Assembly (NCBI GenBank): GCA_963784355.1
Contig: CAWAQU010000009.1
Coordinates: 5,835-37,834, forward strand
Direction of reading: 5' to 3'
Length of the DNA stretch: 32,000 nucleotides
From: an uncultured bacterium
GTDB taxonomy: Bacteria; Patescibacteriota; JACMRA01
The notes below the pieces were generated by a model that made no database searches, was not told the DNA's origin, and worked only from the letters and a program-made list of their open reading frames with translations. Made by a program: the position numbers and the translations under genes. This document shows, piece by piece, positions 7,981 to 16,450 of this stretch. Within the stretch, counting starts at the first letter, position 1. Each line of letters begins with the position of its first letter.

Positions 7981-8003
7981 TACACAGACATTTGTTATCG
8001 GTT

Positions 8004-8037
8004 GCACCTTTTGTTTTTTTGCGAAGGGTGCTTTTTC
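8004..8037 (+). terminator. Rho-independent terminator
   Basis: The stem GCACCTTTTG (8004-8013) pairs with CGAAGGGTGC (8022-8031), including two G-U pairs. The loop is T-rich and TTTTTCTG follows. It lies 24 nt after the stop of the 77-aa ORF. Confidence 0.55.
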
Positions 8038-8339
8038 TGTAAAGTTGATCAGACTATTTTTTTAATAACAAGAATTTTGGTAGTCTTCTCTTTATGTGTC
8101 CATCATTTCAACCATTTACGTACCGAGATTTAGTGCAGCAAACGGGTTTTACCCAGTAATAAATTTACTGAATTATATTTTGTGGAAACCCTACAATGTT
8201 TTGTAGTTTTTTATAATCTCAATCAAAAATTATTATTAGTTGATAGTATAAGCTAGGGGGCCATAGCAAATAATTGCTACCAGTTTTTGGTAATTATTGA
8301 GCTTTGCTTTAATGGATTTTTTAGTAGCTGGATCACTTG

Positions 8340-8753
8340 TCAAAGCATTCCTGTTTTCTTCAACAAACTTTCAAATTTCTTCTCCCGTTTAATATATTGG
8401 TCTATATTTGCAAAATACTTAGCTGCATTCTTTTGTTCTTCTTCAATATTCACAGTGTTTTTTATATAACCACACCTCGTACAATACCATGGTAGCATAC
8501 CTGGAGGTGATTCAAAAAGAGATTTGAACCAAAAATTATCTTTTTCATAAGACAAAATCATATGAGCACAGTAATTTTGAATTTTCAATTTCAGTTTTTG
8601 ATCACGCCTTTCCAGATATTTGTTCCAATCAAAGGTAATGCTGATTTTAAAAGCAAAAATACTAAGTAGGGCTAAGAAAATTAATAAGATGACATGCCCT
8701 ATTGTTAATTGATCCAGTCTGGTATTAATTACGCTATTATACAAATCATTCAT
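8340..8753 (-). CDS. Hypothetical membrane-anchored protein (137 aa) with possible zinc-ribbon (C-x-H ... C-x-x-C)
   Basis: The N-terminal TM is IGHVILLIFLALLSIFAF. NYCAH and WYCTRCGY are potential metal ligands. It ends in TGA. No family recognised. Confidence 0.45.
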   Translation of the reverse strand: MNDLYNSVINTRLDQLTIGHVILLIFLALLSIFAFKISITFDWNKYLERRDQKLKLKIQNYCAHMILSYEKDNFWFKSLFESPPGMLPWYCTRCGYIKNTVNIEEEQKNAAKYFANIDQYIKREKKFESLLKKTGML

Positions 8754-9110
8754 AAAGTTTATTCGTTAACATTGTTGCGGTTCGCTCCAAACCCTCTATT
8801 TATTCACATTTGATTGTTATTTAATATTATTAATATCTATGTTTTTTTGCTTCCAATCTTAGTTTTTTCTAAAGTTCTTCCTCTTAATATTAGAGCAATT
8901 CATTCTCTTTAATCATGGTTTGTCAAATTTTGGGACGCTATTAATTTACCCAAGGTACCTATAATATTATATCTTAGACATGTTATATAAGCTTAACTTA
9001 CAAATGTTGTAATATATTATAGTAGAACTTCATCTCCACACTAAAATTTCTGAGCCCTTGACAAAAGCCCATATGATGCTAACATTTAAGCCATTTCTAA
9101 ATATAAGCAT

Positions 9111-9599
9111 ATGACAAACCAAACTGTAGATTTAGACAAACTAGCCGCTTTTCCGGACCAAACCAAAGAAGATGTAGCCAAAACATTGGCATCTACTCTA
9201 GAAAAAATGCCTGCTGCGGCCATAGAAGAAAATTATTTGGAAGTCGGGGTGAGACCTTGGGGGGTTTATTATGTTTTGGAGGATAAGCCAAGCTATAAAG
9301 TCAAGAAAATCTTGGTAAATCCAGGTCATAGACTAAGTTTACAGAGCCATAAACACCGCTCGGAGCACTGGGTTGTTGTTACAGGAACTGCTAGCGTAGA
9401 AATTAGAGACAACACCAAACCTGAAACTGATTGGAATTTTGACCTACATCCAAACGAAAGTTGCTATATTAAAGTAGATAACATCCACAGGGTTGCTAAC
9501 CATGGTAAAATTCCTCTAGTTTTTGTTGAAGTCCAAGTAGGGGAATATACCGGGGAAGATGACATTGTCAGATATGAAGATGACTACGCCAGAACTTAA
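9111..9599 (+). CDS. Cupin-type mannose-6-phosphate isomerase (stand-alone ManC C-terminal-like domain)
   Basis: RPWGVYYVLEDKPSYKVKKILVNPGHRLSLQSHKHRSEHWVVVTGTASVEI is the characteristic type II PMI/GMP cupin block (RPWG...K.i.V.PG..LSLQ.H.HR.EHW.vv.G.a). Confidence 0.75.
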   Translation: MTNQTVDLDKLAAFPDQTKEDVAKTLASTLEKMPAAAIEENYLEVGVRPWGVYYVLEDKPSYKVKKILVNPGHRLSLQSHKHRSEHWVVVTGTASVEIRDNTKPETDWNFDLHPNESCYIKVDNIHRVANHGKIPLVFVEVQVGEYTGEDDIVRYEDDYART

Positions 9600-9610
9600 A
9601 TTATATTAGG

Positions 9611-10750
9611 ATGAAAAAAGTACTAATACTAGGCTCCGGAGGACATGGTTGGGAAAGTTTATCTGAATTCTTTGACTCTAACAATAACCAAATAGATTTA
9701 TATACACTTACATCGGACTGGGGTGGCTTTACAGGCACTTTTGGTAGATTGATGGAGGTCGATAATGGTATAGTAAATCAAAAATTGCATAAAAAAATTC
9801 TTCCTATTTTACCTTGGGGGGATCTAAATAAAATTATCACTTTTTATACTAGCTTGAGATTCGGTACAAATGTCGGCCAAACTTTAAATTTTAGGAGCTT
9901 CCACATTTACGAAGTTTTACAGGAGTTTGAGATTTTAAGCGATTTTTTGGCTTTAGAACACAGTGTAATCAAGCATTTTGAAGAATATTTACATGAGTTT
10001 TATAATTTATTTGGAGAATATCAACATAAAATTGATCTGATTAAAGCGCCATGTCTAGGCAATCTTTGGCAACAATATCTATTTTGGCAATTGGATAATA
10101 TAGAAAGTTGGAATGAGTTTTATCGCTACAAAAATATCCTTCCACAAAATCTGCATTTAAATTTTACAGCAGATCAAAGACAGGTTTTAACTGCCCAAAC
10201 TAGTGATAGTTCAAAAATTATAGGAGAAGAAATTATTGATGTGAGTGAGGTTCCTATCTTACCTGAAAGCTTAAATTTAGTAAATCTTGATGAACAAAAA
10301 TCTGAGCTAGAAGAAAATTTATTATCAAAATTAAGATCTGCAGATTGTGTTATTATACCAAACGGGTCAGTAGCTAACTGGATACCACTTCTAAATAATA
10401 CTGAAATTTTGGATATTATAAAACACAAAAAACTTATTTGGATTTTGAATCTTTTTCACACTCAAAATGAACTTAATATTTCTAAATATTTGGAATATAC
10501 TGCATCCCTAGGCTTAAACCCTAGCATACTAGCTCCTAAAAAACTACCTCCTGAAGTACCTACAGAAATTTTAAATCATTATAACCTCGAAAATAAAGTC
10601 TTGAACTTTAAATCTGTAGAGGAAATAGACCAAGTTAAGTCAATTGGACTAAATATTAAGTTTGAGCTGGATTATCAAGTAGACAGTTCTTTCAAATACA
10701 GCAAGGCTAGTATTAAGCAGTCAATTTTAAATATATTACATGAATCATAA
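9611..10750 (+). CDS. Divergent YvcK/CofD-like (UPF0052) family protein
   Basis: The N-terminus parallels YvcK. LILGSGGHGWESLSEFF compares with V(V/I)IGGGTGLS.LLRGLK. IDLYTLTSDWGGFTGTFGRL compares with (I/V)TAIVTV.DDGGSSGRLR. LPWGDLNKII compares with PPGD(I/L)RN. The signature glycines and aspartates are substituted. Confidence 0.45.
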   Translation: MKKVLILGSGGHGWESLSEFFDSNNNQIDLYTLTSDWGGFTGTFGRLMEVDNGIVNQKLHKKILPILPWGDLNKIITFYTSLRFGTNVGQTLNFRSFHIYEVLQEFEILSDFLALEHSVIKHFEEYLHEFYNLFGEYQHKIDLIKAPCLGNLWQQYLFWQLDNIESWNEFYRYKNILPQNLHLNFTADQRQVLTAQTSDSSKIIGEEIIDVSEVPILPESLNLVNLDEQKSELEENLLSKLRSADCVIIPNGSVANWIPLLNNTEILDIIKHKKLIWILNLFHTQNELNISKYLEYTASLGLNPSILAPKKLPPEVPTEILNHYNLENKVLNFKSVEEIDQVKSIGLNIKFELDYQVDSSFKYSKASIKQSILNILHES

Positions 10751-11717
10751 AATCAGGTTACACAAACAAATAACAGACAATTTGAAACAACTTGATGAAC
10801 TTGATTACACAAATCCGGAAATTCAAAGGAATATTGAAAATTATGGTGTTTATGTAGATGGAGTTTTAGTAAATAACCGCTTATCTTGGGTGTATTTGGA
10901 AAATACGTTAGATATACATCATTGGCCCAAAAGACAATCCGGAAATTTCGATGAGGTAAAAATATTGAGTGAAACTGAGGATTATTTAGCTATTTACAAA
11001 CCAATGGGAGTAGTTGTTGAAAGTGGGGCCGGACATCAAAAAGATAACCTCTTAAATTGGTTAGAAACCCAGTATAAATCTAGCTTTTTCTTGATCCACA
11101 GATTAGACAAGGATACACAGGGAGTCATGCTGATTGCTAAAAACGAAAAAACTCTAAATTTTTACCAAGATCAGTTTAGAAATAGAGAAGTTGTAAAAAA
11201 ATACTTCGCTGTCGTGGGAAAACCTGTGGATAACTTGTGGACTATTGAAAACTGGCAATCACGTGATAGGTCTAATCCCCTGAGACAAAAACTTTTTTGG
11301 AGTGAGACTAAGGCCATGGAATACGACTCCAACTCACGCCTAGCTAAATCTGTCATCAGACCAAGAATAATCTGTCAGGCAACTGGTCAAAGCTTGATTG
11401 AAGTAGAGATAAAAACCGGAAGGATGCACCAAATTAGGCTTCAATGCGAGGCTCTGGGCTTTGGACTGGTTAATGATAGGGTTTACAATCAAATGATAAA
11501 ACCAACTGAACTCAACCAAAGTACAACTCACATAATCCCTAACTATAGCATAATTAACAAGAATTTGCAAGAATTTGAATACATCAAGAAGGTAATCTTT
11601 GGACAAACTGAGTATTGTCTTTTATCGAACTACCTCAAAGTCAAAACGCCTGATAATGGTTGGTTGGAAATCGAATACAGGAATTTGAAGGATTTGCTAG
11701 GTACATTTGAATCTTAA
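10740..11717 (+). CDS. RluA-family pseudouridine synthase (RluD-like, with N-terminal S4-like segment)
   Basis: The catalytic motif is HRLDKDTQGVMLIAKN (HRLDxxTSG type), followed by GRMHQIRLQCEALGFGLVNDRVY (motif III). The start overlaps the upstream gene by 11 nt. Confidence 0.85.
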   Translation: MNHKIRLHKQITDNLKQLDELDYTNPEIQRNIENYGVYVDGVLVNNRLSWVYLENTLDIHHWPKRQSGNFDEVKILSETEDYLAIYKPMGVVVESGAGHQKDNLLNWLETQYKSSFFLIHRLDKDTQGVMLIAKNEKTLNFYQDQFRNREVVKKYFAVVGKPVDNLWTIENWQSRDRSNPLRQKLFWSETKAMEYDSNSRLAKSVIRPRIICQATGQSLIEVEIKTGRMHQIRLQCEALGFGLVNDRVYNQMIKPTELNQSTTHIIPNYSIINKNLQEFEYIKKVIFGQTEYCLLSNYLKVKTPDNGWLEIEYRNLKDLLGTFES

Positions 11718-11784
11718 TGGTAAATACAACCTGGTAACTCAATAAAAATGAGATAATTGTAACCTATAATATTTAAAATACTTA

Positions 11785-12813
11785 TTAAAACAAAGCTTCA
11801 GGTTCGTTACTTTCAATAGCAATTTTGGAAACTGAGTTTAGTAGTGATTTGAAATTAAATCTTTGAAAATCATCCGATCCGGCATTTAAGTCATAGCCTA
11901 AATGGCTATAGTCGGTATCTGGAACCATCTGCAAGGTACCTAAATAATAAGTTTGTTTTAGCAATTCGAAATTGTCCTTTATTTTTTCAATCAGTGGAGT
12001 ATTTTTGGGATTGGCTATGTATTTTTTTGCTCCATCAAGACCAATATTTAGATTGCAAAATCCTATACTTTCAATATCAAGTACTGTAAATAAATTATAC
12101 AAGCAACCGACTTCCTGAAGAATTTTAGTGGCGGTTTTGGGGCCAACACCTGGAATACCTTTCAAATTATCTGAAGTATCACCTACCAAAGCTTTGTAAT
12201 CCAGCCACTGTTCCGGCATCAATTCATATTTTTTTATAAAATCATCTTTCCCAAACAAAACCCAGCCGTCTTTAAGTGCTTTTGATTGCACAAAGTAAAT
12301 TTGCGGGTGATTTAATAACTGGTACAAATCTCTATCTGAAGACAAAATCAGGATTTTTTCACTTGACTCAGTATTTATATTTTTAGGAGTGCTTGAATTA
12401 ACCACATTAAACAAATCACCATCTACTTTAACCTCAGCTTCTAGAACATTTTCTTTCAAAATTTTTTTACAGACCGTGAAAATATAATCGTCAGCCTCAT
12501 ACCCCTCCTCAGAAAAATTATTTTTACTGATTTTCTTTGTCCAATCTTTAATCAAAGGGATTTGAACCAACATATCATCTTGGATTGGTGGTCTATTGGC
12601 TTTGTAGTCCAGTAAAATTTTGTGTCTCCAAGTAGGCTTAGGAGTATCGTTGGTAAAGACCAGATCATCGGGTTTATATTCGTGGACTAAGGCTAGTATA
12701 GTTTTGGCAAAACCAAAGAATGCACCCGTCGGAATATCTTGACTAACCAGAGTAGGATATGCAAAAAAAGACCTATATATGAGGTATGAAGTGTCGATAA
12801 CTAGCGTCGTCAT
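11785..12813 (-). CDS. 5'-3' exonuclease / flap endonuclease (Pol I N-terminal domain homolog, stand-alone)
   Basis: Motifs: YKANR, EADDYI, LSSDRDLYQL and H3TH LVGDTSDNLKGIPGVGPKTA. Confidence 0.85.
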   Translation of the reverse strand: MTTLVIDTSYLIYRSFFAYPTLVSQDIPTGAFFGFAKTILALVHEYKPDDLVFTNDTPKPTWRHKILLDYKANRPPIQDDMLVQIPLIKDWTKKISKNNFSEEGYEADDYIFTVCKKILKENVLEAEVKVDGDLFNVVNSSTPKNINTESSEKILILSSDRDLYQLLNHPQIYFVQSKALKDGWVLFGKDDFIKKYELMPEQWLDYKALVGDTSDNLKGIPGVGPKTATKILQEVGCLYNLFTVLDIESIGFCNLNIGLDGAKKYIANPKNTPLIEKIKDNFELLKQTYYLGTLQMVPDTDYSHLGYDLNAGSDDFQRFNFKSLLNSVSKIAIESNEPEALF

Positions 12814-12816
12814 AGA

Positions 12817-13488
12817 TTATTCGTAAAGAAAAGTTTGATTTTGACTAGATTCTCTAGCTTTTACTATTTCTGCTTTAATTTCTTCAGATAAATTTTTATA
12901 TTTATATTCCGGCAATTTGAAAACATGTACTTGATTAAGAGGCCAAAACTTTACAGATTCTTGCCCGAATAAAGCGTAGGTAGGAAATGTACCTTTTTCC
13001 CTTGAGTCAGAACTATTAGTTCTATTGTCCCCCATCACAAAATAATTATCGGATGCTACTGTAGTTTTAGGAAAATAGTATTTCGTCTGCTCCATTCTTG
13101 CTTTATTTTGATCTGAAATATAATCCTCTACTAACTCTCTTCCTTCAGGATATTGTTGATTATATATAATGACCTTGCTACCAATAATCTCACATTGCTC
13201 GTTAGGCAAACAGATTATTCTCTTAAGCAAAAATCTAGTGTGGAATCTGGTCCAGTAATCAGCATTTTTTGCTGCCACTTTATCATCGTAAACAGCAACT
13301 ACCTGGCCCCTTTGAAAATTTTTGTTGATCTGATTCACCATTAAAAGTTCACCAGTATGGTAATTGGGTTCCATACTTGCTCCGATTACAGTGACTTGTT
13401 GATAGATAAACAATCTTAAAATCACTAGCCCTAGTAAAAGTATCCATCCTGCAACAGAGAATATAATTGGAGTAATTTTTTTATTCAT
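12817..13488 (-). CDS. lepB: Signal peptidase I
   Basis: N-terminal TM; catalytic Ser box GASMEPN; Lys box LKRIICLPNE; GDNRTNSSDSR box. Confidence 0.85.
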   Translation of the reverse strand: MNKKITPIIFSVAGWILLLGLVILRLFIYQQVTVIGASMEPNYHTGELLMVNQINKNFQRGQVVAVYDDKVAAKNADYWTRFHTRFLLKRIICLPNEQCEIIGSKVIIYNQQYPEGRELVEDYISDQNKARMEQTKYYFPKTTVASDNYFVMGDNRTNSSDSREKGTFPTYALFGQESVKFWPLNQVHVFKLPEYKYKNLSEEIKAEIVKARESSQNQTFLYE

Positions 13489-13620
13489 TTGAGTTTTTTA
13501 AAGTTAAAGTATGTACTATAAATATTTTTTATTAATTCTTTTGTCAATTTAGACTTGGTTGTAAAACCATATCATTGTAAAGTTCAAGTTTGATTTAACA
13601 TGGTATAGACAAACTAAATT

Positions 13621-13960
13621 GAAGGTTGGCCTATAAGCGGGATTCTGTCTGGCGTTACAAGTAACGGAGGCAATAATTTTTCTACGCAGTCTACCATTCT
13701 TGACCTTGCACCGGGTGGGGTTTGCCCCCTGGTGTGTTGCCACACTTCAGGCGTGAGCTCTTACCTCGCGATTTCGCCCTTACCTAATAAATTAGGCGGT
13801 ATGTTTCTGTTGCACTTTTCAGTCTAGTCCCAAAATGGTTTCAACTCCCTAAGCTTGCGCTCGGCGGTCTACTACTCCGCCACCCACTTCACTCGGCTAT
13901 TTCACCGTAAGGAGTGTCCCGACTTTCCTCTGCCGTAAAGCAGCTATTGCCCGGCCAACC
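13621..13960 (-). ncRNA. rnpB: RNase P RNA, bacterial type A
   Basis: The minus strand reads GGUUGGCCGGGCAAUAGCUGCUUUACGGCAGAGGAAAGUCGGGACACUCC...AGUGCAACAGAAACAUACCGCC...GGUAAGGGCGAAAUCGCGAGGUAAGAGCUCACGC...AAACCCCACCCGGUGCAAGGUCAAGAAU...ACAGAAUCCCGCUUAUAGGCCAACC. All universally conserved blocks (P4 GAGGAAAGUC / ACAGAAUCCCGCUUAU, J11/12, P10-12 GGUAAGAGC, CCACCCGG.GCAAGG) are present. The termini pair as P1 (GGUUGGCC/GGCCAACC). Confidence 0.94.
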
Positions 13961-13966
13961 ATAATA

Positions 13967-13995
13967 AGAATATGGTAATATTCAGCTGATGTCAA
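13967..13995 (-). promoter_or_regulatory. rnpB promoter
   Basis: On the minus strand: TTGACA (13995..13990), 17-nt spacer, TATTCT (13972..13967), then 6 nt before the G that begins the P1 helix at 13960. Confidence 0.55.
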
Positions 13996-14010
13996 ACGAT
14001 TATTGAGCAC

Positions 14011-14033
14011 AAAAAGACCGGGTAAAAACCCGG
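14011..14033 (-). terminator. Short GC hairpin plus T-run downstream of the YtxH-like gene
   Basis: The minus strand reads CCGGG-UUUUUA-CCCGG-UCUUUUU. The stem is 14018-14022/14029-14033 and is only 5 bp long. Confidence 0.4.
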
Positions 14034-14064
14034 AAAAATTGAAATTTAGATTTAAGTTAAAAAC

Positions 14065-14499
14065 TTATTTTCTCATTTCTTCTCTTGCTGCATTAGCAAT
14101 TTTTTGAGCATGATTCTGCCCGTCATGTTTGACCTCTTCCGCTTTGTCTTTAACCTCGTTAGCTTTATCTTTTATTTCTTCCTTACCTTGTTCCATCTTC
14201 TCGTGAATACCAGCTACTACATCCCTAGTTGCATTCATTGCTTGTCCGCGGAACTCAGTAGCCTTATCTTTCACTTGAGTACCAACTTCGCTAGCTTTAT
14301 CTTTTACTTGTACACTTGCTTCGCTAATTTTATTCTTAGCATCGTCAAATCTAACTTTTGCTTCTTCTCTCATTTCTTTACCTGTTTTAGGTGTCAAAAA
14401 TAGAGTTGCGATTGTAGAGATAAATCCACTTAATAAAGAAAAAATCAATACTTTTCTTCTAACTTTTTTCTGTTGCATTTTATAAATCATTCCGAACAT
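14065..14499 (-). CDS. YtxH-like / LEA-type membrane-anchored stress protein
   Basis: An N-terminal TM (VLIFSLLSGFISTIATLFL) precedes GKEMREEAK and repeated K/E-rich helical units (VKDKASEVGTQVKDKATEF, IKDKANEVKDKAEEV). Confidence 0.65.
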   Translation of the reverse strand: MFGMIYKMQQKKVRRKVLIFSLLSGFISTIATLFLTPKTGKEMREEAKVRFDDAKNKISEASVQVKDKASEVGTQVKDKATEFRGQAMNATRDVVAGIHEKMEQGKEEIKDKANEVKDKAEEVKHDGQNHAQKIANAAREEMRK

Positions 14500-14628
14500 A
14501 TATACATGTGTGTTTTAATTTTTATCCCAAATCAGGAATATTTTAATTTAAGCTTAATTTTAAAGATATGTCAAATAATTCCAATTGACAGCATAGTAAA
14601 GATGAGTTTTAAATCAGCTTCAAATTAG

Positions 14629-16449
14629 ATGTCTGCACTTTTTGGTAAACTGTCACTCAGTCAAATGGAACTTGCCCATATGTTTATACAGGGAAGTAAA
14701 TCTCTAGAGGAAAAAAGGGAGTTTTTAAATAATATTAATGTTTTTCCTGTTGCTGATGGAGACACAGGTGCCAACATGGCTTTTACAGTTAAGAGTGTAA
14801 GACAGGTACTCGAGAAAACTGAGTTTGAGAGTTTGGAGGAGCTAGGTAAAAGTATCTCTTCTACAGCATTAATCAATTCTAGAGGTAATTCCGGCACTGT
14901 ATTATCACAGTATTTCAAAGGATTTTGTAGTGTGTTCAAAGACAACGAGTCCTTGGGTATAACAGGACTAGCTAAGTGTTTTATTGAGGGTAATAACTCA
15001 GCAAAAGAAGCTTTTTTAAATCCACAAAAAGGTACTATTTTAGATATTATGGATACTGCTGCTGTGGTAGCTTTAGAAGGTAAGCACGCATCAATTGCTG
15101 AGCTTTTGCAGGAAATACTAACTCAAACAAAATTGTCCCTGGAAAATACAAAAAATATATTGCCTCAAATGCAATCTGCTAAAGTAGTTGATGCAGGAGC
15201 TGCCGGATTTGTGTTGATACTTGAAGGATTCCTAAGTAGTTTTACAGGAAGTAAAGTTGAGAAAATATTATCAGAGCAGGAATTATGTGCAGAAGCACAT
15301 GAGGTACATATTTATCAGTTTGAAGAAAAAGAACTAAAATACAAGTACTGTACTGAGTGTGTGCTGGAGTCAGATTACATTAATGTTGAGAGTTTGGAGA
15401 AACAACTAGAGAACCTTGGGGATTCGCTTCAAATTGTACAAGCTGAGAATTTGTTGAAAATACATATACACACCAACTATCCGGAAAAAGTAAGGGAAAT
15501 TTGCGGCGCAGGGACCAATATAATCAATTTTAAGGCAGATGATATGGTGGCAATGCAACATGATTTTGCTCAAAAACAGAGTAATGGTAATCTAACAGAT
15601 ATACTTATTGTTACAGATTCGAGCGCAGATTTACCCACAGAAATTTTTGAAAAATATCCAATCAAAGTTTTACAGATTCCGGTATACGATACAAATACTC
15701 TTGAAAATATAGAATTGAATTACATCGATTTTTACAGAAAAATGGAGACTGATTCAAGCTTTAGCCCAAAGACCTCTAAAATTAACGAGCAGGCATTTAT
15801 ACAGGCATTTGCAGAAGGGCTTAAAAATTATAAAAGAGTTCTCTGTATTCCAATTTCAAAGGAATTAAGTGGTACTTATGAATCTGCCGTTCAAGCAAAA
15901 AAAGTCTTGAAAAGTGATAACATCACGGTTTTTGAATCAGGCACCTCAAGTAGTGGAATTACAGTGTTGATCAAAGAGTTTTTTAAGGAGTTGGAGTGTA
16001 TGGGAGATTATGATCTGGCAATAAAAAAAATTTCTGGTATAAAACAAAAACTAGAGGTTTATTTTGTAGTAGATGATGTTAAATACCTAGAGAGAGGTGG
16101 TAGAATTTCTAAAAACAAAGCTAAGTTAGCCCAAATATTAAATATTCAGCCTGTGCTGGCGTTAAAAAACGGTAAGATTGTTGAGGATAAAAAACTGTTT
16201 TTTGCTAAGAATAATTTTAAAAAGGTTGATGCACTATTAGATAAAATCAGAGCCAGGTCCGGAGGGTTCGGATTGGGGGAATTTTACTTATTGTACGCTG
16301 GGAAGGAGGGCGAGGAATCAATTGAAATCTTGAGACAAAAAATACTTAGCAAAACTAAATTGAACTCAGCAAAAATCAAAATACTGGAGCTAAATTTTGT
16401 CATAGGGACTCATACAGGACCAGGTACTATTGGAGTGGTAATGTTGTAA
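14629..16449 (+). CDS. Fatty-acid kinase fusion: FakA-like DAK2 (DhaL) domain + FakA middle domain + full-length DegV (FakB-like fatty-acid-binding) domain
   Basis: The DAK2 domain shows PVADGDTGANM and VVDAGAAGFVLILEGF. The YloV/FakA middle region shows YKYCTECVLE...LENLGDSLQIVQAENLLKIHIHTNYP. From aa ~322 the protein is DegV-like: ILIVTDSSADLP, PKTSKINEQAF, ISKELSGTYESA, VDDVKYLERGGRIS, ILNIQPVL and VIGTHTGPGTIGV. Confidence 0.8.
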   Translation: MSALFGKLSLSQMELAHMFIQGSKSLEEKREFLNNINVFPVADGDTGANMAFTVKSVRQVLEKTEFESLEELGKSISSTALINSRGNSGTVLSQYFKGFCSVFKDNESLGITGLAKCFIEGNNSAKEAFLNPQKGTILDIMDTAAVVALEGKHASIAELLQEILTQTKLSLENTKNILPQMQSAKVVDAGAAGFVLILEGFLSSFTGSKVEKILSEQELCAEAHEVHIYQFEEKELKYKYCTECVLESDYINVESLEKQLENLGDSLQIVQAENLLKIHIHTNYPEKVREICGAGTNIINFKADDMVAMQHDFAQKQSNGNLTDILIVTDSSADLPTEIFEKYPIKVLQIPVYDTNTLENIELNYIDFYRKMETDSSFSPKTSKINEQAFIQAFAEGLKNYKRVLCIPISKELSGTYESAVQAKKVLKSDNITVFESGTSSSGITVLIKEFFKELECMGDYDLAIKKISGIKQKLEVYFVVDDVKYLERGGRISKNKAKLAQILNIQPVLALKNGKIVEDKKLFFAKNNFKKVDALLDKIRARSGGFGLGEFYLLYAGKEGEESIEILRQKILSKTKLNSAKIKILELNFVIGTHTGPGTIGVVML

Positions 16450-16450
16450 T

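Larger units (their letters stand above)
1..8753. mobile_element. Putative integrated plasmid/phage-derived accessory island (left end outside window; right boundary somewhere in 8754-9110)
   Basis: There are 12 consecutive non-housekeeping ORFs: R-M pair, rolling-circle Rep-like, SpoVG-like, Nudix, HEPN and 6 orphans, in mixed orientation. Core genes follow abruptly from 9111. No integrase or att site is visible, so mobility is inferred from gene content only. Confidence 0.45.

Noticed and set aside
8191-8212. Hairpin CTACAA-TGTT-TTGTAG followed by TTTTTT, possibly ending a small RNA between the two terminators (8037-8212)
   Set aside because: The stem is only 6 bp and AT-rich. No promoter was found for a transcript starting after 8037. 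The signal is too weak to call.
2993-8469. Short track ORFs 2993-3178(+), 4317-4577(+), 5914-6168(+), 7785-7991(-), 8287-8469(+)
   Set aside because: Each overlaps a longer, better-supported gene on the other strand, or starts at TTG in an AT-rich spacer. They are hydrophobic or low-complexity translations typical of AT-rich antisense frames.
1948-8753. Integrated filamentous (inovirus-like) prophage, suggested by the gene-II/RstA-like Rep and several small membrane proteins
   Set aside because: No Zot/pI-type morphogenesis ATPase or long adsorption protein is visible. Gene orientations are mixed rather than unidirectional. The island is kept only as a generic rolling-circle replicon.
13549-13743. 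64-aa minus-strand ORF in the track
   Set aside because: It lies inside or overlaps the RNase P RNA gene (13621-13960). The locally high G+C that keeps the frame open comes from RNA structure, not coding.
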